A DNA stretch of 64,000 bases, taken from contig DAHJ01000035.1 of the NCBI GenBank assembly GCA_002495905.1, forward strand, positions 37,478 to 101,477, read 5' to 3'. Shown here in pieces: positions 35,957 through 46,413 of this stretch. Numbering within the stretch: position 1 is the stretch's first letter; every line of letters begins with the position of its first letter. Under the pieces are notes generated by a model. The model searched no databases and was not told the origin of the DNA. It saw only the letters and a program-made list of their open reading frames with translations. The position numbers and the translations under genes are program-made. This DNA comes from Thaumarchaeota archaeon UBA223. GTDB taxonomy: Archaea > Thermoproteota > Nitrososphaeria > Nitrososphaerales > UBA57.

Positions 35957-38833
35957 GAAAATAGCAGGTCTCATAGGTCTAGAGTAGATAGAACGATTTT
36001 TGGGATCATATAAATCAGAATCATCTTCGGAAAACAAATCAACTTGAATATTATTTTGGAGTTTATAGAATGATTGAAGTTCTTGAAGAATTTGATTTTC
36101 GTTTAACTGTCCGATTTTAAGAATACGTGATTTAGTATAAGAATCCATGTTAGATATTTCTTTAAATATACTTTGGCAGAATTTAGGAATGTGTTTTTTG
36201 AATTCAGAATAATCAGGATTATTTAAACTAGTTTCAATCAAATCTTTAAGATTAAACGAATCTTTTTGTAATGCAGATAAGAATATTTCCCATTTCCAAT
36301 TAGCAGGAATGTATATGCATATACGTTGGATTTGAATTTTTGTGACTTTAAGAATATTATTAATGTCTTCGATTGTATTTTTAATCAATTCTTCAGAAAG
36401 TTCAGTATTTTCATCGATTAAATTGTCATCAGATGTAGGCCAGGTTTCAAGAGTAATTGATTTATCATGACCAAGAATTTCCCAAATTTCTTCAGAAAAA
36501 TATGGTGCAAATGGAGCAAGTAGCTTGATTCGAGTTTCAAAGAAATATTTCAGGAATGAATTTTTTTCTTCAGTAGAAATAGTAGTTCTTCGATTATACC
36601 ATAACAAATCAATATCGAGAAGATAGATTATATGATGAAGGGATTCTCTTACACGAAGTTTATTCATAGAATCAGTAGTGACATTAATTGTTCGTTGTAA
36701 TCTACTCAGCATCCATTTTTCAATAGAATTAGCTTGATTTACATCATAATCAGGTGCATTTTTGATTTCTTGGACAACAGTGTAAATTCGATTAAGTCGT
36801 TCATTAAAGGATTTTACTAATTCTAAACTAAAATCAGCGTCTTGAAGAAGTTCGGCAGCAGACATAATTCCTAAGCGAATAGGATCAGCTCCATATGTTT
36901 TTACAGCTTGTCTGAGAGGAATTATATTTCCAAATGATTTAGACATTTTTTTACCATCCATCAAGACAGAGCCATTAACAACTATTTGTTGTGGCCAGTG
37001 GTTTTTAGGAAAGATAGCTGAATGATTGAAAACAAAGAATGTTAAGTGGTTAGGTACAAGATCACGGCCAGAATGTCTGCTATCAAGGGGATAGAAATAT
37101 AAAAATTCACTTCGAAGTTCGTCAACAGTAGTTTTATCAATTCCCGTAGTATTAGCAACAGAATTACATTCGCCAATACCTAAAAGTACGTAATCAAAGA
37201 ATTCTTCTGAAAGTTTAGATGAATCAAGATTTTTTTCTTTAATTAATCTTGAGATTGTATAATATGCCATATAGATAACAGAATCAGAGAGACTTTCTAT
37301 TATCCAATCATTATCCCAAGGAAGAATAGTACCAAGACCTGAATTTCGTGCACAGGCTTTTTCATGAAGCCAATCAATAGTATTATGAAATTCCACAGTT
37401 ATTTCGTTAGGTAAAAGTGACATAGAATCAATTGAAGAATGAGCTTTTTCTTTCCAATCAGACATTCCATAGTCGATAAACCATTGATCTTCAAACATTT
37501 TTATTACGCATTCAGTACCACATCGACATATGACAGGACTGTTCATTATTTCATATAATTTAGTAGCAATGCCCATTTGAATTAGATCATTCTTCACTTT
37601 GTCTTTGGCAGTTTTAGCAGGTAAATCTGCATAATCACCTGCAATAACTAACATTTTGCCAGATGTGAATTCAAGGTTATAGAGTTCTTTTGTGGCTTCT
37701 ACTAATTTTGGATCGTCTTGATTTTTTATCGATAGTTCTGAGACAAGTTGTCTAGCAGGCGTATTGTTGTACTTTTCAGTTTTAATCACGTCAATTGGAA
37801 CAAGATTATTTGTGTCTATTGTAGGGTATTTACTAAGTAAATCAAGATTAAGTGTAAAATCAACAATTGCCTGATAATCGTATGGAGCATGAGAAGGGAC
37901 AGACATAACAAGACCTGTACCATTTTTTGAGTCCACAAAAGAAGCAGGTAATAATTGGATTTTCATATCTGTAAACGGATTTTCAGTCCATTTACCAATC
38001 AGCGAATCTCCTGAAATAATTTCCAAAGAAGACTTATCTGAAACAAGATGTTCAAATTTATTCATTGAATCACGGCTTACAATCCATTTTTCGTCATTTA
38101 ATGAAATTTTTACATATTCGATTTCAGGATTAATCCAGAGATTGGTAACACCGAAAATAGTTTCTGGACGTAGTGTTGCAGTAACTAGTTTTGCATCTTC
38201 AAATGTAAATTTTATAATAGTATATTCTCCAATGTCAGGTTCTACATCTCCCAAAGTATCGTGCTGACCTACAGGATTGCCATCATTAGGACACCAGCCG
38301 ACAGGATGGCTGCCACGTGTAATAAAACCGCCAGAATTTAGTTTTTTGAATTGCCATTCAATAAAACGGCTGTAAGCTTTATCAATAGTAGTAAATTCAC
38401 GTCTCCAATCTATCGAATATCCCATTTCAATCATTCCTTGCTTGATTTCATTATGGAAGTATTGTGCAATTTTTATTGGTTCGTCAAGCTCTTTAATTGT
38501 AGACATGGGAATGTTGTAAACATCTTGAAATGCATTTATTAATTCAGGATCGTTTTCGGCAAGTCTTTTTGTCATTGCCAGTATAGGAGTTCCTGTATAG
38601 TGAAAAGCCATTGGAAATAATACATTAAATCCAAGCATTCTTTTATATCTCGCATAAACGTCGGTGAGAGTATAAGTTCGCCCGTGTCCAATATGTTGCG
38701 GTGAATTTGGATATGGATAAGCTACAGTGAGAAAGAACTTAGGTTTATCATTATCAATGTTTGTATTATGAAGAGATTCAACATCCCATTTGTTCCTCCA
38801 TTTATGTTCAATATCTGACCAATTTATTGTCAA
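35948..38833 (-). CDS. leuS: Leucyl-tRNA synthetase (archaeal type)
   Basis: 961 aa with PYPNSPQHIGHGRTY (HIGH) and KMSKSFGN (KMSKS). Confidence 0.95.
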   Translation of the reverse strand: MTINWSDIEHKWRNKWDVESLHNTNIDNDKPKFFLTVAYPYPNSPQHIGHGRTYTLTDVYARYKRMLGFNVLFPMAFHYTGTPILAMTKRLAENDPELINAFQDVYNIPMSTIKELDEPIKIAQYFHNEIKQGMIEMGYSIDWRREFTTIDKAYSRFIEWQFKKLNSGGFITRGSHPVGWCPNDGNPVGQHDTLGDVEPDIGEYTIIKFTFEDAKLVTATLRPETIFGVTNLWINPEIEYVKISLNDEKWIVSRDSMNKFEHLVSDKSSLEIISGDSLIGKWTENPFTDMKIQLLPASFVDSKNGTGLVMSVPSHAPYDYQAIVDFTLNLDLLSKYPTIDTNNLVPIDVIKTEKYNNTPARQLVSELSIKNQDDPKLVEATKELYNLEFTSGKMLVIAGDYADLPAKTAKDKVKNDLIQMGIATKLYEIMNSPVICRCGTECVIKMFEDQWFIDYGMSDWKEKAHSSIDSMSLLPNEITVEFHNTIDWLHEKACARNSGLGTILPWDNDWIIESLSDSVIYMAYYTISRLIKEKNLDSSKLSEEFFDYVLLGIGECNSVANTTGIDKTTVDELRSEFLYFYPLDSRHSGRDLVPNHLTFFVFNHSAIFPKNHWPQQIVVNGSVLMDGKKMSKSFGNIIPLRQAVKTYGADPIRLGIMSAAELLQDADFSLELVKSFNERLNRIYTVVQEIKNAPDYDVNQANSIEKWMLSRLQRTINVTTDSMNKLRVRESLHHIIYLLDIDLLWYNRRTTISTEEKNSFLKYFFETRIKLLAPFAPYFSEEIWEILGHDKSITLETWPTSDDNLIDENTELSEELIKNTIEDINNILKVTKIQIQRICIYIPANWKWEIFLSALQKDSFNLKDLIETSLNNPDYSEFKKHIPKFCQSIFKEISNMDSYTKSRILKIGQLNENQILQELQSFYKLQNNIQVDLFSEDDSDLYDPKNRSIYSRPMRPAIFLE

Positions 38834-38843
38834 AAGATCACCT

Positions 38844-41570
38844 TTATTTTACATTAACAATTGATTGAACAGTATTAATGATTGTCTTATTGTCGGAGAT
38901 TTTAGAACATCCGCCTTGTGCAAATCTTTCATTTCCTCCACCTGAACCTCCAAAAGATTTGGCAATTTGACGAGCTAAATCAACGGCTCGGTATTTTTTG
39001 TTGATTTGTTCGCCACAAAAGACAAATAATTTAGAATTATTAGATTCACTAATTATTCCAACATAAATTAGATTATCAAGTTTGTTAATACAATGCTCAC
39101 CAACAAGAATATGAAAATCAGTATCAACGCCATCCCAATCAATAATAGATAATTTAGTGTCAGAAATTGAAATTGAAGATTTATCAAGATTATCAAATAT
39201 GATATCGGCGAGATGATTTTTTATTAGAGATTTTGAATTTCTTTTTATTGTATCGTTATCTTGGATTAAATCATCAATTGTTTTAGTGAGTTTATCAATT
39301 GGAACAGAAAGATTACTACTAATTGATGATAATAATTCATTTTGTTTTTGGATGTAATTTATTGCAGTTTCTCCAGCGACGTATTCTAGGCGTTCAACTC
39401 CATCTTGAACTCTTTCATTCTTGATTATTTTAATCAAGCCTAATTCACCTGTACGTGAGACATGAGTGCCAGCGCAAGCTTCAACATCCCAAGTTTCAAT
39501 ATCCTGTACTCGAATATTTTTGCCAGGTGCAATACCTCCTTGGTAAATTGAGAAGCCGTATTTCTTTTCGGCTTCACCTCTATCTAATACCAGTTTATGA
39601 ACAGGTAAATTTTGTCTAATAGCATCATTCGCTAGTTTTTCTATTTTTTCAATTTGTTTCAAAGATAAATGTTCAAAATGAGTAATGTCAAGACGTGCTT
39701 TATCTACATCTTTAAATGCAGAAGATTGCCAAATCCAGGAACCTAAAGCACGTTTAGCAGCACCCAACATTACATGTGTTGCAGTATGATGACGTGTAAG
39801 TATCTGTCGACGAGTTTCGTTTATTTTTCCTTTAAGTATTGTACCAGTTTTAATATCTGCTTTTTTAATTTTATGTAAGATTACTTGCCCATATTTTTCA
39901 ACGTCAAGAACTTCGTGGTTACCTAAAGTACCAGAATCAGGTTCTTGTCCACCCGCTCGTGCATAAAATGCAGTTTGATCCAATATAATAAATGAATATT
40001 TAGAATTATGAAATACTTCAAGGACGCTACCGTCAAATTCAATGAGTTCTTGATTTTCATAAAACAAAGGCCGAGTTTCTGGTAATTTGTCAATGTCAAA
40101 TGTTCGTTTTGGTTTTTCTGTTTTGTTAAGGATATGTCGTTCTGTGACTTTGGCGTAGAAATTAGCGGGTATTTTTATATCTAGGCCTTGATCTTTGATG
40201 AATTCAGGAGTAATACCATCTGAATCATATAATTTGATCAGAGTTTCTTCGTCGACAGATTGATTTGAATTCTGCATATTGGAAACAATTTTTTTTATTC
40301 TTTCCTGTGTATTATCATATCTTTTCTCTTCTACTTCAAGAATCTTCAATATTTCATTTCGGTGTTCTTTGAGTTCGGGATAGATTTGTGACAAATAATC
40401 AATATGCCAATCTGCAATCTCGCCTAATTCAACATTCCATTTTTGAGAGTGGATTTTAGAAAGGGATCTTCTAAGCAAAACCCTAAGATTATAGCCGCCA
40501 CCCACATTACTTGGTAAAGCTCCATCACTAATTGCAAATACAAGGGTTTTTACATGGTCAAGAACTGCAAACATAGATTCGAATGGAGTGATTTTTTTTA
40601 GTAAGGTATCTTTATCGATGCCAAGTTTTTCTGCTACTTGTTTACGGGTAATTTCAATATCTGAGACTTCATCAAGATTTAACATACCAGAAAACTTAGA
40701 ATAGTTCTTGAAAAAATCTTCGTCGTAAATAATATTACATTTATCAATCATATGATTAATTGTGCTGCCAAAAACTGCTTCGTAAGCAGTAGGTGTGCCT
40801 TGAGTAAGCCAACTAAAACGTTCTAATCCTGCACCCATATCAATTATTTTATCGTCCATAGTTTTGTAATTAGTAGGATCTCCTTCAAATTGAGTAAATA
40901 CAGCATTACCTAATTCTAACCCACGAACATAATATTCTAGAGAGTATCCAAAAGCTCCGTAACCAACCCATACATCTTCTTTGAAAACAATTTCTTTCTT
41001 AGGAATGCCAAAAACATTATTCAATAATCCGTAATCAAGATCAATACATTCATTTTTCCAATATCCTGTTTCATTTGCCACACAATGTTGGCCAATCATT
41101 ACAAAGGATGTAAAATGTTTACCACTAACTCCAACATTTTCAATATCATTAAATCGTAAACACATTTGAGGAATAATTAATTGATTCTCGGGAAATTCAA
41201 ATGCAATTTTACCTCCTTCAATTCGTTGAAAATCAACAATAGATGCAATAGTAAAATATAGATCTGGACGCCATCGAGCAACAACAGGATAACGATTTAC
41301 ACTTGTGTGGTTATTTTTTACGAAATATTCTTCTATTGCTTTCCAACATTCGGCATAATCAAGTTTTTTTGAGGTTGGGGAATCATCAATGAAACCATAT
41401 TGCTCACAAGGTTGTTCTGGGCAAGTGGAACGGGATTCGTCAGCTGTCCAGAAGAAATTATCGCAATTTGGACATTGTTTTCGTATAAAACCTTCTTTTT
41501 CGAATAAATTAACAAAATAATAATTCTTATAATCTGAAGAGAATTTCTTCCGAAGAAGGTCTTTATTCAT
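38844..41570 (-). CDS. alaS: Alanyl-tRNA synthetase
   Basis: 908 aa with an archaeal AlaRS N-terminal Cys cluster, the editing-domain motif HHTATHVM...CAGTHV and a C-terminal GGGNERFAQGG. Confidence 0.95.
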   Translation of the reverse strand: MNKDLLRKKFSSDYKNYYFVNLFEKEGFIRKQCPNCDNFFWTADESRSTCPEQPCEQYGFIDDSPTSKKLDYAECWKAIEEYFVKNNHTSVNRYPVVARWRPDLYFTIASIVDFQRIEGGKIAFEFPENQLIIPQMCLRFNDIENVGVSGKHFTSFVMIGQHCVANETGYWKNECIDLDYGLLNNVFGIPKKEIVFKEDVWVGYGAFGYSLEYYVRGLELGNAVFTQFEGDPTNYKTMDDKIIDMGAGLERFSWLTQGTPTAYEAVFGSTINHMIDKCNIIYDEDFFKNYSKFSGMLNLDEVSDIEITRKQVAEKLGIDKDTLLKKITPFESMFAVLDHVKTLVFAISDGALPSNVGGGYNLRVLLRRSLSKIHSQKWNVELGEIADWHIDYLSQIYPELKEHRNEILKILEVEEKRYDNTQERIKKIVSNMQNSNQSVDEETLIKLYDSDGITPEFIKDQGLDIKIPANFYAKVTERHILNKTEKPKRTFDIDKLPETRPLFYENQELIEFDGSVLEVFHNSKYSFIILDQTAFYARAGGQEPDSGTLGNHEVLDVEKYGQVILHKIKKADIKTGTILKGKINETRRQILTRHHTATHVMLGAAKRALGSWIWQSSAFKDVDKARLDITHFEHLSLKQIEKIEKLANDAIRQNLPVHKLVLDRGEAEKKYGFSIYQGGIAPGKNIRVQDIETWDVEACAGTHVSRTGELGLIKIIKNERVQDGVERLEYVAGETAINYIQKQNELLSSISSNLSVPIDKLTKTIDDLIQDNDTIKRNSKSLIKNHLADIIFDNLDKSSISISDTKLSIIDWDGVDTDFHILVGEHCINKLDNLIYVGIISESNNSKLFVFCGEQINKKYRAVDLARQIAKSFGGSGGGNERFAQGGCSKISDNKTIINTVQSIVNVK

Positions 41571-41707
41571 ACTAAATAAACATAGTAAGTTTTGCTTATT
41601 AATAGCTCTATATAGGCTCAGGCCAAGTCAAGAATAAGAAAATCAAATAATTTTCAGAAATATTTTAAACCTTATATAGATGAAAAAAAAATTGTATCGT
41701 TATACAA

Positions 41708-42022
41708 ATGGAATACATTTATGCGGCTTTGCTTTTGCACAAGCTTGAACAAAAAATTGATGAAGACACTGTAAAAAAAGTGATTACATCAACAGGTGTA
41801 GAACCTGATGAAGTTAAAGTCAAAGCATTGGTCTCAGCATTAAGTGAAGTAGACATTGAAGATGCATTGAAAAACGCAGCTACAACAGCAGTAGCAGCAG
41901 CGCCTGCAGCAGCTCCAGCAGAATCATCTGGTGAAGCAAAAGCAGAAGAAAAGAAAGAAGAAGAGAAAGACGAAAAGAAAGAAGAAGAAGCCATGGAAGG
42001 CTTAGCTAGTTTATTCGGTTAA
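41708..42022 (+). CDS. rpl12: Ribosomal stalk protein P1 (L12e)
   Basis: It has [11 protein letters not shown], an Ala-rich hinge and the acidic tail [12 protein letters not shown]. Confidence 0.9.
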   Translation: MEYIYAALLLHKLEQKIDEDTVKKVITSTGVEPDEVKVKALVSALSEVDIEDALKNAATTAVAAAPAAAPAESSGEAKAEEKKEEEKDEKKEEEAMEGLASLFG

Positions 42023-42083
42023 ACTAAATAATCTTTTTCAAAAATTTTATTTTAATTCTTTATGAAGTAGTTAATCTAAATTA

Positions 42084-42944
42084 TTAATTTACAAGCTTAC
42101 TTAATGCTTCAGCTTCTAGATGTTTCTTAGCAAGAATAGATGAAACAGTTTCTTTAGTAATATAATTAGATTCAATAGAAAGATTCTTAGAATTATTAAA
42201 AGCTTCAGCAAGTAAAAGTGGAACAGTCTCTTTGGTAAGATATTCTTGTTTTAGTGCAAAATTGAGAGCATTATTAAACGATCCAATTAAATTAGTACGA
42301 TATTCATCTAAATCTATAGCAACATCTTGAGCAGGATATATTAAACCATCATTATAGGCAACATCAATTGCAACTCCTGCTTTAATTGGTTTTATATTAA
42401 GTTTTGATAACAATGCCGCGAGAGAAGAATTGATTACATCGCCTTCTTGTGCAACAACAGTATCTTCACTTACAGCAATACTACCTGCATCAATACGAGT
42501 AGGAATATTAAATTCTTTAAAGGCACTAAGATCAGGACCAGGTTGCATTCCGGTATTTCCTGCTGGAACTACAATTTCTCCTGATGCAACATCACCATCA
42601 CGTGCGGGAAGATCAACTTTACCTTTTTCCAATAAGAGAAATAATTTGAATGGGTCCATATCAGTAAATATGAATGCTTTTTGTTCGGAAACTGCTTCGA
42701 TGAGTTTGTCAGAATTAGTAACTTTGGAATCATTTACGCCACGTTTAGCAAGAGTATTTTTTACAACTCTGATTTTAAGATCATCTTTGAAAGACTTTCT
42801 TAACTGCATTAATTGAGCAGCTCGAACTTTATAGAGATTGCAAAAGGCAGTGGTATTGTTAGATTTAATCAATTCAGAGATTTCATTAATAGTATCAGTC
42901 TTCCATTGTGGGAATTTAGTCTTAGTTTTAGTGGAAGACATCAA
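42084..42944 (-). CDS. rpl10: Ribosomal protein uL10 (P0)
   Basis: 286 aa. It contains PQWKTDTINEISELI and sits next to L1/L11 in the conserved order. Confidence 0.9.
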   Translation of the reverse strand: MMSSTKTKTKFPQWKTDTINEISELIKSNNTTAFCNLYKVRAAQLMQLRKSFKDDLKIRVVKNTLAKRGVNDSKVTNSDKLIEAVSEQKAFIFTDMDPFKLFLLLEKGKVDLPARDGDVASGEIVVPAGNTGMQPGPDLSAFKEFNIPTRIDAGSIAVSEDTVVAQEGDVINSSLAALLSKLNIKPIKAGVAIDVAYNDGLIYPAQDVAIDLDEYRTNLIGSFNNALNFALKQEYLTKETVPLLLAEAFNNSKNLSIESNYITKETVSSILAKKHLEAEALSKLVN

Positions 42945-43594
42945 ACTGCCTCCTGTGCGGAAAGATTAATAGGTGGAGACATAGAGAGTTTTATAACAAA
43001 TCCTTTTAGATTTTTTTCATTATTTGGGAGTTTTGCAGTTACAGTATTAATAATTAATAATGCATTTTCGACAATTTGTTCGTCATTCATATCTTCATCG
43101 CCCAATTTTGTAGACAATGATAGAGTTCGACCACGGATACGAGTAGCAGTTTTATATTTATTGATCATGTTTTCAATAGGAGTATCAATAGTTATAGGCA
43201 AAGGCATTCGTCCTTTAGGACCAAGGAATTTACCCAATACTTTACCAACTTTAGGCATTGCAGTAGTTTCAGCTAAGAAGAAATCATAAGAATAAGCAAT
43301 TTTACGAGCTGAACGTTTATCGTCAGACATTTCGTCAATTTTATTCGTTTCAAGAACTTGATCGGCGTCTGTTTTTGCTCTTAGATTAAGATCTCCAGAT
43401 GCAATTACGCATACTTTAGATTTATTTTGTGGAGGGTTTGGAAGAAAAATAGTTTCATTAAGATTAATTTGATTCTTTTTGACATCTATATCTTTAAGGT
43501 TTATTACTAGTTCAAAAGATTGTTTAAACTGACGTTTAGTAGAGGCAGAACGTGCCTTTTTGACAGTTTCGAGTATAGGTTGTGATTTGACCAT
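42941..43594 (-). CDS. rpl1: Ribosomal protein uL1
   Basis: 217 aa. It contains FKQSFELVINLKDIDVKK, FLGPKGRMP and similar segments. Confidence 0.9.
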   Translation of the reverse strand: MVKSQPILETVKKARSASTKRQFKQSFELVINLKDIDVKKNQINLNETIFLPNPPQNKSKVCVIASGDLNLRAKTDADQVLETNKIDEMSDDKRSARKIAYSYDFFLAETTAMPKVGKVLGKFLGPKGRMPLPITIDTPIENMINKYKTATRIRGRTLSLSTKLGDEDMNDEQIVENALLIINTVTAKLPNNEKNLKGFVIKLSMSPPINLSAQEAV

Positions 43595-43654
43595 TTATTT
43601 CACCTTATTATAATATTCACAGGAGAGTTCCATTTTATAAATTTTTTATTGGAA

Positions 43655-44137
43655 TCAATTAAACGATTCATCCCATTTTCCTTCATTAATTTCTATAAAA
43701 AGGTCTTTTGGTTCTTTGTTTTCCACAGTGATTCCCATACTAACGCAAGTACCAAGTAATTCTTTTACTGCGCTTTTAATAGTAGTAGCATAAGATTGAT
43801 CAATCTTGGTATTAGCGACTTTGACTAATTGGTCCATAGAGAGATTTCCAACTTTTTCGCTGTTTGGAGTGCCAGAGCCTTTTTCGACACCTAATGCTTT
43901 AGCCAATAACGCAGAGGAAGTAGGTATACCAACTTCAACGTCAAAGGTTTTGCTTTCTACTTGAACAATAATTTTAACAGGTACTCTCATTCCAGAATAT
44001 TCTTTAGTTTTTTCATTAATTTCATTAACAATAGCCATAACATTAAGACCCATTGGAGCAAGAGCAGGACCCAATGGAGGTCCAGCATTAGCTTGTCCTC
44101 CTGCAACTAACAAAGGAATTATCTTTTCATCGCCCAT
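43655..44137 (-). CDS. rpl11: Ribosomal protein uL11
   Basis: It contains VAGGQANAGPPLGPALAPMGLNV. I place the start at the internal ATG at 44137, 1 nt after the spt5 stop. The track ORF extends to 44167, which is likely spurious. Confidence 0.9.
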   Translation of the reverse strand: MGDEKIIPLLVAGGQANAGPPLGPALAPMGLNVMAIVNEINEKTKEYSGMRVPVKIIVQVESKTFDVEVGIPTSSALLAKALGVEKGSGTPNSEKVGNLSMDQLVKVANTKIDQSYATTIKSAVKELLGTCVSMGITVENKEPKDLFIEINEGKWDESFN

Positions 44138-44138
44138 A

Positions 44139-44624
44139 TTAATTCTCATCCTTAGATTTTTCAACAATGCGAATTCCGTTTACATCAACGGTAACAGGAA
44201 GTTGATATGGTGCATCAAGTAACATAATAGTAACTTCAGAACGTCCAGCTTCAACACGTGTAATTTTAGCGCGCATGTTTTTGAAAGGTCCACTAGTAAT
44301 CTCTACAACATCATTAACTGAAACTTCAGAAACTATTGAACGAGTAACAAGAAACTTTTCAATATCTTCATATGGTACAATACCAGGAATCATATTCTTT
44401 ACGTGTTTAAATCCGGATATTGCATCAGACACCACTTGTGCGTTTGGAGCTTCAAAAAATACATATCCCTTAAGAGATTCAATAACAACAATAGAACGAA
44501 TAGGTGATTGAATACTAGATTCATCATCGCGTTCTAAACGATTGCCGACGAATTTTGCAACATTTTGTTCTTGTCCGCCAGTTGTTTTTACTGCAAAAAA
44601 TCTACTTTGAATCGAAGTGCTCAA
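44139..44624 (-). CDS. spt5: Transcription elongation factor Spt5 (NusG)
   Basis: It has an NGN domain (FAVKTTGGQEQNVA) and a KOW motif (VEITSGPFKNMRAKITRV). Confidence 0.9.
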   Translation of the reverse strand: MSTSIQSRFFAVKTTGGQEQNVAKFVGNRLERDDESSIQSPIRSIVVIESLKGYVFFEAPNAQVVSDAISGFKHVKNMIPGIVPYEDIEKFLVTRSIVSEVSVNDVVEITSGPFKNMRAKITRVEAGRSEVTIMLLDAPYQLPVTVDVNGIRIVEKSKDEN

Positions 44625-44635
44625 TATATATCACG

Positions 44636-44812
44636 TTAACCAGTTAATCTGAATAATGAGCCAACAAGTTGAATAACATATCCAATAGTACCAACAATAC
44701 TCATCCCAATAACTGTAAGTTTAAGATATAATAAAAACTCAGTTCTATCAGAACGCTTTGCTAATTTGAGCGTATGTATGCATGAATTTATGAAAGCAAC
44801 TATACCAGCCAA
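44636..44812 (-). CDS. secE: Protein translocase subunit SecE/Sec61-gamma. 58 aa, not in the ORF track.
   Basis: My translation from the TTG start is (M)AGIVAFINSCIHTLKLAKRSDRTEFLLYLKLTVIGMSIVGTIGYVIQLVGSLFRLTG. It has a basic amphipathic segment followed by one TM helix. It sits in the conserved position upstream of spt5. Confidence 0.75.
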   Translation of the reverse strand: MAGIVAFINSCIHTLKLAKRSDRTEFLLYLKLTVIGMSIVGTIGYVIQLVGSLFRLTG

Positions 44813-44872
44813 TTTATTCTTTGTTGAATGATAGATTATATTTGATAAACTTTTTGTTATAAGTAGAAAAAG

Positions 44873-45694
44873 ATGAAGAACAGCATCAAGAAATCGACCA
44901 TAATTCTATCGAAAATGGACAAAGCAAGCATGACTATGTTAGAGAAAATAAGGGAAATAGAGAATTTTGACAATATTTGTGAAACAGAGGAATATAGCAA
45001 GTTGCAGAGTAACAATAGAACACTGATAGTATTAAACAAGGAAATGATTTATTTCAATGATATTGAGGAGATAGAAAGATCAGATAGATTTGTATATTTA
45101 TCCAGACATGTAAGTCAAACTAAGAAGCCAACTTTAACATCTCATTTTCTTGGCAATCCTTCAAATGAAGCTCCATATGGAGGAGAAGGTATGAAAATAG
45201 CTGCCACCTGTCCCGAATTAATGAAGAATTATATGAATAAATTGAATATGCAAAAAGATAATTTATCAGGATATGAAATTAGTTTAGAAGCAATTCATCA
45301 TGGTCCAACAAATATTTCAAAACCATGTATATTCATAGAAATTGGTTCAGATCTTGAACAATGGAAAGACGAAAGAATTGCAGAGATTGTTGTAAGAACA
45401 ATAATTAATTCTGTAGATAATCAAATTAGCGTAGAAAAAGTAGGAATAGGTTTGGGAGGTCCTCATTATTCAAAGAAGTTTACAGAATTATTATTTAATA
45501 CAGAATATGCAATTACAGGATATATTTCACGACATTATATGAATTATTTTAATGAAGATATATTAAAACAGATGATTGAAAAGTGTGAACAAGAAGTAAA
45601 ATATGCAATATTAGACAAAAAAGGAATTGGAAAAGATAAGAAAAGAGTTTTGGAATTATTAGAAGAAAATAATTTAGAAATAATATTTATTTAG
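44873..45694 (+). CDS. dtdA: Archaeal-type D-aminoacyl-tRNA deacylase (DtdA)
   Basis: It contains LSRHVSQTKKPTLTSHFLGN, SLEAIHHGPT, FIEIGS and GLGGPHYS. Confidence 0.8.
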   Translation: MKNSIKKSTIILSKMDKASMTMLEKIREIENFDNICETEEYSKLQSNNRTLIVLNKEMIYFNDIEEIERSDRFVYLSRHVSQTKKPTLTSHFLGNPSNEAPYGGEGMKIAATCPELMKNYMNKLNMQKDNLSGYEISLEAIHHGPTNISKPCIFIEIGSDLEQWKDERIAEIVVRTIINSVDNQISVEKVGIGLGGPHYSKKFTELLFNTEYAITGYISRHYMNYFNEDILKQMIEKCEQEVKYAILDKKGIGKDKKRVLELLEENNLEIIFI

Positions 45695-46280
45695 ATTCTT
45701 CAGAAGTGTCTTCTTTAGGAACAGGTGTGCCGATTGGTGGAGGTCTAGGTTTAGGATTTGTAGAGGATTCTGAATTAGTTGCTTCTTGGGAAGGAGTTGA
45801 AGTGATTGGTTTAGGTCTAGGTTTAGGAGCTGTAGGAGTTTCTTCTTTAGGAAAAATTGAATAATATAGTTTTTCTAAAGGAGAAATAAACGGATTAACA
45901 AAACGAGCAATTTTTAGATTTCGGACAACAGGTATCAGTGAAATTATTCCAGCTTGATCTTTTGTGCCAGTTGTAACTTCTTTCAATTGTTTAAATAAAG
46001 GAAATTTGGAAATAGTAGTTTTTTCAGTTTCATTTTCCCAAAGAAACAGACCAACAAGTAAACCATTTAGAAGAATGAACGGAAGTCCTAAAGGTAGTGC
46101 GACTTCCTTTGCAAGAAGCTCGCCATATTGAATGCCTTTGATTGGGTCAATCAAAGCAGTGAAGAATACATTAACTGCTTGGACGGAATCAACTTGTCCA
46201 AGTCTAATACTAGCTAAGTCAAAAAGAGGTGGTAAGACTATAAAGAATATCGGGAATACAACCAATGGAAGTAACATCAT
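45687..46280 (-). CDS. Hypothetical membrane protein with a Pro-rich C-terminal tail
   Basis: 197 aa with 3 hydrophobic segments and repeated PKPRP units in the tail. Confidence 0.5.
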   Translation of the reverse strand: MMLLPLVVFPIFFIVLPPLFDLASIRLGQVDSVQAVNVFFTALIDPIKGIQYGELLAKEVALPLGLPFILLNGLLVGLFLWENETEKTTISKFPLFKQLKEVTTGTKDQAGIISLIPVVRNLKIARFVNPFISPLEKLYYSIFPKEETPTAPKPRPKPITSTPSQEATNSESSTNPKPRPPPIGTPVPKEDTSEESK

Positions 46281-46413
46281 AGTCCAGAATACGAGCTCAA
46301 GTAAAGATCTAAGCCATTTCTCAAATTCAAAAGTATTTTGTTCTGATATTTTCCATCCCCTCTTAACTAGGAAATTTTAATCTTTAATTTTAACCTTTCG
46401 ATTAATTAAACAA

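Noticed and set aside
41719-41994. Ala/Ser-rich 91-aa ORF antisense to rpl12. Two long ORFs (42430-42816 and 42813-43289) are antisense to L10 and L1.
   Set aside because: These are mirror images of the alanine- and acid-rich stalk protein and of highly expressed ribosomal protein genes. There is no start context or motif, so they are shadow ORFs.
43595-43654. Possible L1 autoregulatory mRNA site or internal promoter (TTTATAAAAT) between L11 and L1.
   Set aside because: I cannot match the 23S rRNA L1-binding mimic by eye. The TATA-like string is unremarkable in this AT-rich DNA, so the call is unsupported.
43655-44167. N-terminal extensions in the track ORFs for L11 (MLKNLRMRIN...) and for Cbf5 (58927-59997, MILLLIQTIWILIKFVNQLLIRS...).
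   Set aside because: The extensions overlap the upstream genes (spt5 and cmk) and are hydrophobic or atypical. Internal ATGs at 44137 and 59928 give canonical N-termini, so the longest-ORF starts are artefacts.
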